DNA from: Candidatus Saganbacteria bacterium
Lineage (GTDB): Bacteria > Margulisbacteria > WOR-1 > O2-12-FULL-45-9 > XYB2-FULL-48-7
Length of the DNA stretch: 64,000 bases
Assembly (NCBI GenBank): GCA_016939335.1
Contig: JAFGHC010000002.1
Coordinates: 2,147-66,146, forward strand
Direction of reading: 5' to 3'
The notes beneath the pieces were generated by a model. The model did not search any database and was not told where the DNA came from. It saw only the letters and a program-made list of their open reading frames with translations. This document shows positions 9,301 through 16,893 of the stretch, piece after piece. Made by a program: the position numbers and the translations under genes. Position 1 is the first letter of the stretch. Each line of letters opens with the position of its first letter.

Positions 9301-10023
9301 ATGAATATCGATATTTTGACCCTCTTCCCCGAAATGTTCCGGGGGCCGCTCGATGAAAGCCTGCTCAATAAAGCCCGGGACAAGGGCTTGCTGGACGTCA
9401 ACCTTGTTAATATCAGGGACTTCACCGCTGACAAGCACAAGACGGCCGACGATTCGCCCTGCGGCGGGGGCGCCGGCATGGTGATGAAGGTCGACGTCAT
9501 TGCCAAAGCATTGTCGCGGGTCGCGGGTCGCGGGTCACGGGTCGTTTTTTTGTGTCCGACCGGAAAGCTTTTGACCCAGGAGAAAGTCAAAGAACTGGCC
9601 CAGACCGAACATCTAGTGCTACTTTGCGGACACTACGAAGGAGTGGACGAGAGAGTGCGGGCGCTGGTCGATGAGGAGCTCTCGATCGGCGATTATGTTT
9701 TAACGGGCGGCGAACTGCCGGCGATGGTCTTGATCGACGCGCTGGCCAGGTATATTCCCGGGGTCGTCAAGGAAGCCGAATCGGTCAAAAACGATTCTTT
9801 TCACGATGGCTTGCTTGATTATCCGAGTTACACGAAGCCGGAAGAGTTCAGCGGCCAGAAAGTTCCCGACGTTTTGCTCTCCGGCCATCACGCGGCAATC
9901 GCCAAATGGCGGAGAAAGGAAGCTTTGCGCCGGACGCTATACCGCCGGCCTGACCTGCTGGCGTCGGCCGAACTCTCGGATGAGGACCGCGGCCTGCTCA
10001 ATGAAATAATGCAAAATGGCTGA
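9301..10023 (+). CDS. trmD: tRNA (guanine37-N1)-methyltransferase
   Basis: MNIDILTLFPEMF...SPCGGGAGMVMKVDV...VLLCGHYEGVDERV...VLTGGELPAMVLIDA is a canonical TrmD sequence. Confidence 0.95.
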   Translation: MNIDILTLFPEMFRGPLDESLLNKARDKGLLDVNLVNIRDFTADKHKTADDSPCGGGAGMVMKVDVIAKALSRVAGRGSRVVFLCPTGKLLTQEKVKELAQTEHLVLLCGHYEGVDERVRALVDEELSIGDYVLTGGELPAMVLIDALARYIPGVVKEAESVKNDSFHDGLLDYPSYTKPEEFSGQKVPDVLLSGHHAAIAKWRRKEALRRTLYRRPDLLASAELSDEDRGLLNEIMQNG

Positions 10024-10573
10024 TCTTTACCTGGCGCTGCTTCATTATCCGGTCTACAACAAACGCGGCGGCATCGTTACCACCAGCATCACCGGCTTCG
10101 ACCTGCACGACATCGCGCGCAGCGCGGCGACGTTCGGCGTCAAGAAATATTACGTGGTCAACCCGCTGCCGGCCCAGCGCGAGTTTGCCGGGCGGATCTT
10201 CGACTTCTGGATGGAAGAGACAAGCCTGGAGTTCAACTGGACCCGGGTAGAGGCCTTTAAACTGGTGGCGATCAAGGCCGACCTGCCGGAGGTGATCGCG
10301 GAGATCACGGCGGCGGACGGCCAGCGCCCCCGGGTGATCGCGACTTCGGCCAAGCCGCGGGGGACGGTCAGCTACGAAACGCTGCGGCAGGAGCTTAAAG
10401 CGTCCGATGGGTCGTATCTGATCCTGCTCGGGACCGGCTGGGGGCTGGCCGAGGAGGTTTTTGCCGGCGTGGACGCGGTTTTGCCGCCGATCAACGGCCC
10501 GGCCGAAGGCTATAACCATTTGTCAGTTCGCTCCGCAACTGCTATAATATTGGATAGATTACTGGGGAAATGA
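10016..10573 (+). CDS. SPOUT-class putative RNA methyltransferase (TM1570-like, Methyltrn_RNA_4 family)
   Basis: 185 aa protein between trmD and rplS, overlapping the trmD stop by 8 bp. This is the position of knotted SPOUT protein TM1570 in Thermotoga. The family call is from memory. Confidence 0.5.
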   Translation: MADLYLALLHYPVYNKRGGIVTTSITGFDLHDIARSAATFGVKKYYVVNPLPAQREFAGRIFDFWMEETSLEFNWTRVEAFKLVAIKADLPEVIAEITAADGQRPRVIATSAKPRGTVSYETLRQELKASDGSYLILLGTGWGLAEEVFAGVDAVLPPINGPAEGYNHLSVRSATAIILDRLLGK

Positions 10574-10687
10574 CGAATTACCAATGACGAATGGCTAATT
10601 TTGGAAAAGTCTTTTATCCGGATAATAATTCATTAATTAGTCATTAGTAATTAAACATTAGTCATTGAGTTAAAGGAGAGCTTAAGG

Positions 10688-11065
10688 ATGGGCGTGATCG
10701 AAGAGATCGAAAACGGGCAAAAAAAGAAGAACGTCGCCAAATTCAAGGTCGGCGACACGGTCAAGGTCTTCTCCAAGATCGTCGAGGGCGGCAAGGAGCG
10801 CCTCCAGGGGTTTGAGGGGATCGTCATCAAGCGCGGCGGCGCCAGCATCAGGGAGAACTTCACGGTCAGAAAGCTCGTCCAGGGGATCGGCGTGGAGCGG
10901 GTCTTTCCCCTCCACTCGCCCAAGGTCGAGCGGATCGAACTGCTGCGCAGCGGCAAGGTCCGCCGGGCCAAGCTCTATTATTTAAGGAAGCGGATCGGCT
11001 CCCGGGCGACCAAGGTCGAAGAAATGGAAGGGGCCGAAACGAGTGCCGCGCCGGCTGCTGAATAA
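10688..11065 (+). CDS. rplS: 50S ribosomal protein L19
   Basis: [68 protein letters not shown] matches the L19 signature. Confidence 0.9.
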   Translation: MGVIEEIENGQKKKNVAKFKVGDTVKVFSKIVEGGKERLQGFEGIVIKRGGASIRENFTVRKLVQGIGVERVFPLHSPKVERIELLRSGKVRRAKLYYLRKRIGSRATKVEEMEGAETSAAPAAE

Positions 11066-11570
11066 CTGGCTGTTGGACTGGGGCGAGACGATCGTCGTCG
11101 CCCTGGTCCTGGCGCTGATCATCCGCGCCTTTTTTCTCCAGGTTTTCTGGATCCCCTCCGGCTCGATGGAACCGACGCTCGACATCGGCGACCGGATCGT
11201 CGTCAATAAGGTCACGTATAATTTCCGCCCCCCCCGCCGCTTTGAGATTATCGTCTTCCGCGCCGTGCCGGCGATGGGCGAGCAGAAAAAGGACTTGATC
11301 AAGAGGGTCGTCGGCCTGCCAGAGGAGACGCTCGAAGTCAAGGACGGCGTCATTAACATCAACGGCCAGCCGGTAGCAGAGCCCTGCACGCCGAATCGGG
11401 ACTACGGCAGCTTCGGCCCGGTCACCATTCCCGCCGATTCTTATTTTGTCATGGGCGATAACCGCCCCGCCTCGGCCGACAGCCGCTTCTGGGGATTTTT
11501 GCCGCGCAAGAACGTGATCGGCAAAGCTTTCCTCCGCCTCTGGCCGCTGACCAAACTCAATCTGATATAA
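11043..11570 (+). CDS. lepB: Signal peptidase I
   Basis: N-terminal TM segment, catalytic SGSMEPTL (Ser box), [13 protein letters not shown] (Lys box) and [15 protein letters not shown] (box E). Confidence 0.85.
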   Translation: MPRRLLNNWLLDWGETIVVALVLALIIRAFFLQVFWIPSGSMEPTLDIGDRIVVNKVTYNFRPPRRFEIIVFRAVPAMGEQKKDLIKRVVGLPEETLEVKDGVININGQPVAEPCTPNRDYGSFGPVTIPADSYFVMGDNRPASADSRFWGFLPRKNVIGKAFLRLWPLTKLNLI

Positions 11571-11580
11571 TTGTCCCGTT

Positions 11581-12186
11581 ATGCTCTCCGCCGCTTATGA
11601 GCGCAAGCTCATCCGCCAGGGCTTTAAATTGATCGCCGGCGTCGATGAGGTCGGCCGCGGGCCGCTGGCCGGGCCGATCGTGGCTGCCGCGGTCATTCTC
11701 CCCTACAAATTTTCGCTCCCCGGCCTGAACGATTCAAAAAAACTTACGGCCAAAGCCAGGGAGCGGCTGTTCGGGGAGATCAAAAGGATTGCCGTCAGCG
11801 TTGGGGTTGCCGCGGTAGACCATAAAACAATAGACCGGATCAACATCGGTAAGGCCAATTTGCTGGTCATGAAGCTGGCGGTGAAAGCGCTCGGCGTCAT
11901 GCCTGAATATTTGCTGCTGGACGGCGGCCGGAGCCGCGTCGCGCTGAAGGTCGCGCAGGCCGGCATCTCCGGCGGCGACCGGAAATGCGCTTCGATCGCC
12001 GCCGCTTCGATCATGGCCAAGGTCACCCGCGACGCGCTGATGAGAGAATATCACAAGAAATATCCCCGCTACGGTTTTGCCCAAAACATGGGTTACGGGA
12101 CGGCCGGGCACCTGGCGGCGCTTGCGCGCTACGGCCCCTGCGCCATCCACCGCCGCTCTTTTGCTCCGGTCAGCTCGGGCCACTGA
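11581..12186 (+). CDS. rnhB: Ribonuclease HII
   Basis: IAGVDEVGRGPLAGPIVAAAVILP... is the RNase HII active-site N-terminus (DEVGRG). Confidence 0.9.
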   Translation: MLSAAYERKLIRQGFKLIAGVDEVGRGPLAGPIVAAAVILPYKFSLPGLNDSKKLTAKARERLFGEIKRIAVSVGVAAVDHKTIDRINIGKANLLVMKLAVKALGVMPEYLLLDGGRSRVALKVAQAGISGGDRKCASIAAASIMAKVTRDALMREYHKKYPRYGFAQNMGYGTAGHLAALARYGPCAIHRRSFAPVSSGH

Positions 12187-12349
12187 CGAAATTCCGTCAT
12201 TTCTTACTTCACGAATTTACGGATTTTGGCTCGAATCTCCGAATGAAATCACGAATATTTGCCGCGATTAGAGTAAATATTAGAGCATTAGAGCCATAAT
12301 TAGGGGATTCGCGTTGTAACTGGCAATAAGATTGCTGCTCCCCTGCATC

Positions 12350-12718
12350 ATGGGCCTGGAGAGCTACGAGATCGGCAGGGAAGGCGAGGCGGCGGCGGAG
12401 GTTTATCTGCAGCAGCGGGGCTACCGGATCATCGAAAGGAACTACCGCTCCCAGCAGGGGGAAGTTGACCTGATCGCCCGCGAGGGCGAGTTCCTCGTTT
12501 TTGTCGAAGTCAAGAATTATTCGTTCCGCAGTTACGGCGCGCCGGCCGGCGCGGTCAGAAAGAACAAAAGACAGAGCATAATTCACGCGGCGCAAACCTA
12601 CCTTTATAAAAACAAAATAAACGGTACCCATTGCCGGTTCGACGTCGTGACGCTCTACCGGCGGCCGGACGGCTCGCGGGCGATCGAACTTTATAAGAAC
12701 GCATTTATGGTGAACTGA
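12350..12718 (+). CDS. yraN: YraN-family (UPF0102) endonuclease
   Basis: GREGEAAAEVYLQQRGYRIIERNYRSQQGEVDLIARE...LVFVEVK is the UPF0102 signature. Start placed at an internal Met (MGLESYEIG). Confidence 0.8.
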   Translation: MGLESYEIGREGEAAAEVYLQQRGYRIIERNYRSQQGEVDLIAREGEFLVFVEVKNYSFRSYGAPAGAVRKNKRQSIIHAAQTYLYKNKINGTHCRFDVVTLYRRPDGSRAIELYKNAFMVN

Positions 12719-14247
12719 TGCTGGTAAAAATAAATTCGGCGGCGCTACTCGGTTTAGACGCTTATAAGGTCGAGGTGGAGATCGATTCGCAAAAGAGGCT
12801 GCCGGGCCAATCGATCGTCGGCCTGCCCGACGCTTCGGTCAGGGAATCGCGCGACCGGGTGCGCGCGGCGATCGAGAATTCCAATTTTGAGTTCCCGCCC
12901 GGCTATTTTACGATCAACCTGGCGCCGGCCGACACCAAGAAGGAAGGCCCGCTCTACGACCTGCCGATCGCGCTCGGCATGCTGCTCGTTTCCGAACAGA
13001 TCGGCGCGCAGAATTTGGCGGGTTCATTTATGGCCGGCGAACTTTCGCTCGACGGCAAAGTGAGAGGGGTGAACGGCATCCTGCCGATCTGCTTATCGTT
13101 GAAAAAGGCCGGTGCGCAAAAAGTTCTGGTTTCGGCCGAGAACGCGGACGAAGCGGCGCTGGTCGAGGGGATCGAGGTCATTCCCGTGGCTGATCTGACC
13201 GAAGCAGCCGGCTATCTTAGCGGCTCAAAAGAGATCAAGCCGCACAAAATAGACATTAACGCGCTGTTCCCGCCGGAGCCCGAGTACGGGCTCGATTTTT
13301 CCGATGTCAAAGGCCAGGAGCATGTGAAGCGGGCGCTGGAGGTGGCGGCGGCGGGCGGCCATAACGTGCTCCTGGTCGGTTCCCCCGGCTCGGGCAAAAC
13401 AATGCTGGCCCGGCGGCTGCCCACTATTCTACCGCCGCTCTCCTTGAACGAAGCTTTGGAAGTGACGAAACTTTACTCGGTCACCGGCCTGCTGGACGGC
13501 AGACGCGTGCTCGTCACCAGCCGGCCGTTCCGCTCCCCCCACCATACGACTTCCGACATCGGCATCATCGGCGGCGGCCGGATCCCGCGGCCCGGCGAAG
13601 TTTCACTGGCCCATCACGGGGTGCTTTTTTTGGACGAATTTCCCGAATTTGAGCGCAATGTGCTTGAGGTCCTGCGTCAGCCGCTCGAAGACAGCAAAGT
13701 CACCATCTCCCGCGCCCACTCGACGCTGACCTATCCCGCCCAGTTCATGCTGGTGGCGGCGATGAATCCCTGTCCCTGCGGCAACTACATGGATCCCGTC
13801 AAGGCCTGCAGTTGTTTGCCGCATCAGGTCCAGCGTTACTGGGGCCGGCTTTCCGGCCCGCTGCTCGACCGGATCGACCTGCACATCGAGGTCCCGCGCT
13901 TGAAGAAAGAAGAGCTGACCAGCCGGCCGGACGGCGAACCTTCAAGCGTTATCCGGGAACGGATCATCAAGGCCCGCCGCGTCCAGCAGGAGAGATTTAA
14001 AGGGAGCGAAACCTATTGCAACGCGCGGCTGACGCCCAGGCAGATCAGGGAGGCCTGCCAGCTGAAGGCCGACGCGGAAGAGCTTTTAAAGTCGGCCATC
14101 CTCCATCTGCAGTTAAGCGCGCGGGCCTACGACCGGATACTCAAGGTTGCCAGGACGATCGCTGACCTCGACGGTTCGGCCCGGATCGAGGCCAGGCATA
14201 TCGCGGAAGCAACGCAGTATCGGTCGCTGGATAAAAAGGAAAGATAA
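12718..14247 (+). CDS. yifB: YifB/ComM-family Mg-chelatase-like AAA+ ATPase
   Basis: N-terminal Lon-like domain followed by Walker A VLLVGSPGSGKTMLARRLP, Walker B VLFLDEFPEF and the ChlI-like C-terminal domain. Confidence 0.9.
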   Translation: MLVKINSAALLGLDAYKVEVEIDSQKRLPGQSIVGLPDASVRESRDRVRAAIENSNFEFPPGYFTINLAPADTKKEGPLYDLPIALGMLLVSEQIGAQNLAGSFMAGELSLDGKVRGVNGILPICLSLKKAGAQKVLVSAENADEAALVEGIEVIPVADLTEAAGYLSGSKEIKPHKIDINALFPPEPEYGLDFSDVKGQEHVKRALEVAAAGGHNVLLVGSPGSGKTMLARRLPTILPPLSLNEALEVTKLYSVTGLLDGRRVLVTSRPFRSPHHTTSDIGIIGGGRIPRPGEVSLAHHGVLFLDEFPEFERNVLEVLRQPLEDSKVTISRAHSTLTYPAQFMLVAAMNPCPCGNYMDPVKACSCLPHQVQRYWGRLSGPLLDRIDLHIEVPRLKKEELTSRPDGEPSSVIRERIIKARRVQQERFKGSETYCNARLTPRQIREACQLKADAEELLKSAILHLQLSARAYDRILKVARTIADLDGSARIEARHIAEATQYRSLDKKER

Positions 14248-14447
14248 AATATCTAGGAGGTGGAGATTAATGTACAGGGTTATTTATCAACTGCCTTACC
14301 ACAGCATCAGGGAGATCTATATGCGTTCCGATGAACTGCGGGCCTGGCTGCGCTGGAACTGGCTGAAAGAACGGATCATCAGCTATGAAAAGGTTCTGTA
14401 GTTGTTGGTAGTTGGGCCTGAGTTTTGGGAAAAAGGAGGTGAGCAAG

Positions 14448-14681
14448 ATGGAAGGGAAAGATAACGGCAAAAACGAACTGTTCAACCGGATGGTCAAGGC
14501 GGGACAGAGGACTTATTTTATCACCGTGAAAGAAGCGGCCAATAAGAACAAGTATTTGACGCTGACCGAGAGCAAGCTGATCGAAAAAGACAAGTTCGAG
14601 CGCCATAACATCATGGTGTTCCAAAGCGATTTGGGCAATTTCGCCAGCGCGTTTTCCGAGGCCTGCAAGATCGCGGCCTGA
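14448..14681 (+). CDS. DUF3276 / Pur-alpha-like nucleic-acid-binding protein (77 aa)
   Basis: RBS AAGGAGG 7 nt upstream of the ATG at 14448. LFNRMVKAGQRTYFITVKEAANKNKYLTLTESK...ERHNIMVFQSDLGNFASAF resembles the bacterial PUR-repeat/DUF3276 family (from memory). Confidence 0.5.
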   Translation: MEGKDNGKNELFNRMVKAGQRTYFITVKEAANKNKYLTLTESKLIEKDKFERHNIMVFQSDLGNFASAFSEACKIAA

Positions 14682-14687
14682 GCCGGG

Positions 14688-14730
14688 CGGGCGCCCCGGC
14701 GATAAAAGCCGGGGCGCCCTTGGCTTCATT
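14688..14730 (+). terminator. Rho-independent terminator (perfect 12-bp GC stem)
   Basis: GGGCGCCCCGGC-gataaaa-GCCGGGGCGCCC followed by a T-containing tail (ttggcttcattt), immediately after the DUF3276 stop. Confidence 0.5.
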
Positions 14731-14828
14731 TATGGTTTGGCAAAGAGGGGGATCCAGGACGGAGGGGAGGGAGAGAATGAGAAGTTGTGATATAATACAT
14801 CAGCGCTCGATCATGCCCGGGCGCGGTT

Positions 14829-15062
14829 ATGGCAAAAGAACCAATGTATCGTTTTCACATTCCCATGTCTGAAGGCCAGATTAAATTTTTGGATGAACTG
14901 GGGATGAGGGCGAAGCGGACCGGTGGCTATAAGCTGGCCAAGACGGTCATTATCCGGGCCTGTTTGGAAGTGTTAAGAAAGCTGTCGATCGATCTTAGGG
15001 GGGTAAAAACGGAAAAAGAGCTGGCCGCGCGGATCCTGGACGCGGTAAGAAAATATAAGTAG
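14829..15062 (+). CDS. Small ribbon-helix-helix (CopG/Arc/MetJ-like) protein, paralog 1
   Basis: 77 aa. A beta-strand (FHIPMSEG) followed by two helices (QIKFLDELGMRAK / KLAKTVIIRACLEVLRKL) is typical RHH topology. Recognisably similar to the ORF at 15153. An extended -10 (tgtgaTATAAT) lies ~35 bp upstream. Confidence 0.5.
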   Translation: MAKEPMYRFHIPMSEGQIKFLDELGMRAKRTGGYKLAKTVIIRACLEVLRKLSIDLRGVKTEKELAARILDAVRKYK

Positions 15063-15074
15063 GCAGGGGGGGCG

Positions 15075-15107
15075 GCCGCGAGAGGGGCGCCCCTTTATTT
15101 TTTTATT
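15075..15107 (+). terminator. Putative intrinsic terminator (short GC hairpin + T-run)
   Basis: gagGGGCgcGCCCCtttatttttttatt directly after the stop of RHH paralog 1. Confidence 0.35.
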
Positions 15108-15114
15108 ACAAAAA

Positions 15115-15132
15115 ACACATATGTGTTATAAT
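15115..15132 (+). promoter_or_regulatory. Perfect 12-bp palindrome ACACATATGTGT abutting a TATAAT -10 box (candidate operator for the RHH repressor)
   Basis: aaaaACACATATGTGTTATAATgcacAAGGAGctgaggcgggATG. The palindrome overlaps the -10 and lies 26 bp upstream of the paralog-2 start. This is classic RHH autoregulation architecture. Confidence 0.4.
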
Positions 15133-15152
15133 GCACAAGGAGCTGAGGCGGG

Positions 15153-15359
15153 ATGAAAAAGCGGAGGTTTGAGGTCCGGGTTTGCGCGATGATAACCGCT
15201 TCGCAGCGGGCGCTGCTCGGGCAGATTTCCCGGGAAGTCAAAAAATTGAACGGCGTCGTCCTGTCAAAGCACTCGATCATTAGGGCGGCTGTCGAGGCCT
15301 TGCGCTTGCGCGGCTTGGTTTTCCCGGGCAAGCGGCCCGGGGGAGGTGGCCGGAAATGA
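15153..15359 (+). CDS. Small ribbon-helix-helix protein, paralog 2
   Basis: 68 aa. FEVRVCAMITASQRALLGQISREVKK...SKHSIIRAAVEALRLRG aligns with paralog 1 (IIRAxxEaLR). Preceded by AAGGAG. Confidence 0.5.
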   Translation: MKKRRFEVRVCAMITASQRALLGQISREVKKLNGVVLSKHSIIRAAVEALRLRGLVFPGKRPGGGGRK

Positions 15360-15473
15360 TCGAGTGGCTATTTGCCTGCCTGGCGATTTACCTGGCCATT
15401 TTCACGCTGATCTTCCTCGGGGCGCTATTTGTCGAAATCCAAAAAGAGTGGAAAAGGCGGAAGGGCCGGGGGA

Positions 15474-16811
15474 TCAAGCTTTAACTTTTTCGCCCGGGTC
15501 GAACCGGTAGAGGACCAAGCCGGAAAGCAGTTTGGGATAGAAATAGGTCGACTTGTGGGGCATCTTCTCCAGCTCGCCAGCAACCGCCATGATCTCCTCG
15601 ATCTTGGTCGGGTTAAGCAAAAAAGCCAGCGCGGCTCCTTTTTCATCGACCGCCTTGACCGCTTCCTCGCTGCTTTTGAAATAAGTGACCCTGTCCTCCG
15701 TTTCGTTGGCGATATTGAGCAGCCGGTCGAAGACGGTGTAGTGGAGGATGGTGACGTCGAGGTGCTTCCAGGCCTTCGGCTTTTCTTCGGCGACCAGCTC
15801 GTCGATCAGCGCTTCGTCCTTGAGCGTCAGCAGAAAATAGCGGTAATTGCCCAGATAGAGGCCAAAGGCGTGCCTGGCCGCGGCTTTCTGCAGCCCTTTT
15901 TCCAACTTTTTCCTGACCCGCGGGGCGGTGTGTTTTGTCGCCGTGAAGGGAACGACGTGGAAATATTCGTTCAGATCGGCGACGAACCTGATCGGGTCAT
16001 AATAGGCCAGGTTGGCGACGACCCGGTGGATCGGCAGGACGACCAGCCCCTTGCTTTCGACCGGCGTAAAATAGGCCATCACGTGATTGTAGGACTCATC
16101 CTCGGTGAATTTAGTGTTTTTGGACTTCAATTCGTTCTTGTAACGGACCGCCGCCTCGTAACGGTGGTGCCCGTCGGCGATGAAGACCGCCTTGTCCCGC
16201 ATTTCGGAGATAATCTTATTGATCGCCGGTTTGCGGTCGATCCGCCAGACGCGGTGGGCGACGTTTTCGGCGTCCTTGACGTCGATCATGGGCTTGCGTT
16301 TCATGAACTGGCGGGCGACTTTAACGATCTTGTCCTTTTTATCGGAGTAAAAAGCGAAGATCGAATCGAGATCGGCGTTAGTGGCCCGCATCAGCTGCAG
16401 ACGGTCGAGCTTGGCGCGCGGGTAGGTCTCTTCGTGCGGGAAGACCTTGCCGCGGCCGATCTCCTCCAGCCGCAGGAGGGCAATAAAGCCCAGGCGGACA
16501 TATTTCTTCCCCTGGGCCGAAAATTTCTGCTCGTAAATATAAATTGCCGGCTTGTCATCCATTATTAAGATTTTATGCCGCAGCCAGCCGTTGAGGAACG
16601 CCGCCGCCCGAACGTAGTGGTTGTTGTACTCGTTGTCACCCGGAAATTCTTTGCCGAGTATAATGCGGATATAATTGAAATCGCTGCCGGCATAAAGCTT
16701 TTCCTGAAAATCCGGGCTGATGATATCATAGGGAGGCGAAACGACTTTGGACAGATTCTTGAGTTTTTTCTTGTTGTAGAAGACGCCCTGAAAAGGGAAG
16801 ATCTTGACCAT
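15474..16811 (-). CDS. DUF1015-family protein
   Basis: Start placed at MVKIFPFQGVFYN (typical DUF1015 N-terminus). Internal FPHEETYP and ADGHHRYEAA motifs are characteristic. Confidence 0.75.
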   Translation of the reverse strand: MVKIFPFQGVFYNKKKLKNLSKVVSPPYDIISPDFQEKLYAGSDFNYIRIILGKEFPGDNEYNNHYVRAAAFLNGWLRHKILIMDDKPAIYIYEQKFSAQGKKYVRLGFIALLRLEEIGRGKVFPHEETYPRAKLDRLQLMRATNADLDSIFAFYSDKKDKIVKVARQFMKRKPMIDVKDAENVAHRVWRIDRKPAINKIISEMRDKAVFIADGHHRYEAAVRYKNELKSKNTKFTEDESYNHVMAYFTPVESKGLVVLPIHRVVANLAYYDPIRFVADLNEYFHVVPFTATKHTAPRVRKKLEKGLQKAAARHAFGLYLGNYRYFLLTLKDEALIDELVAEEKPKAWKHLDVTILHYTVFDRLLNIANETEDRVTYFKSSEEAVKAVDEKGAALAFLLNPTKIEEIMAVAGELEKMPHKSTYFYPKLLSGLVLYRFDPGEKVKA

Positions 16812-16893
16812 AGCTGGGATCAGTTTAACATACGCCGGGCCAAATGCCAAGCCGGGCTTGGCGGTTTCACCGCCGCCGTGCTAAAATTCGGCT

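Noticed and set aside
12187-12349. AT-rich rnhB-yraN spacer with ATTAGAG x3 and CGAAT-containing repeats, considered as a small RNA gene or tRNA
   Set aside because: No cloverleaf or conserved ncRNA motif could be recognised by eye. Recorded only as another degenerate heptamer-repeat region.
15115-15126. ACACATATGTGT palindrome considered as a second NrdR box
   Set aside because: It is 12 bp with an ATATGT core rather than the 16-bp NrdR consensus, and lies far from any nrd gene. It is better explained as the operator of the adjacent RHH repressor.
15429-16568. 379-aa plus-strand ORF overlapping the DUF1015 gene
   Set aside because: Antisense to a gene with recognisable family motifs (FPHEETYP, ADGHHRYEAA). 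Composition is typical of a GC-rich shadow frame.
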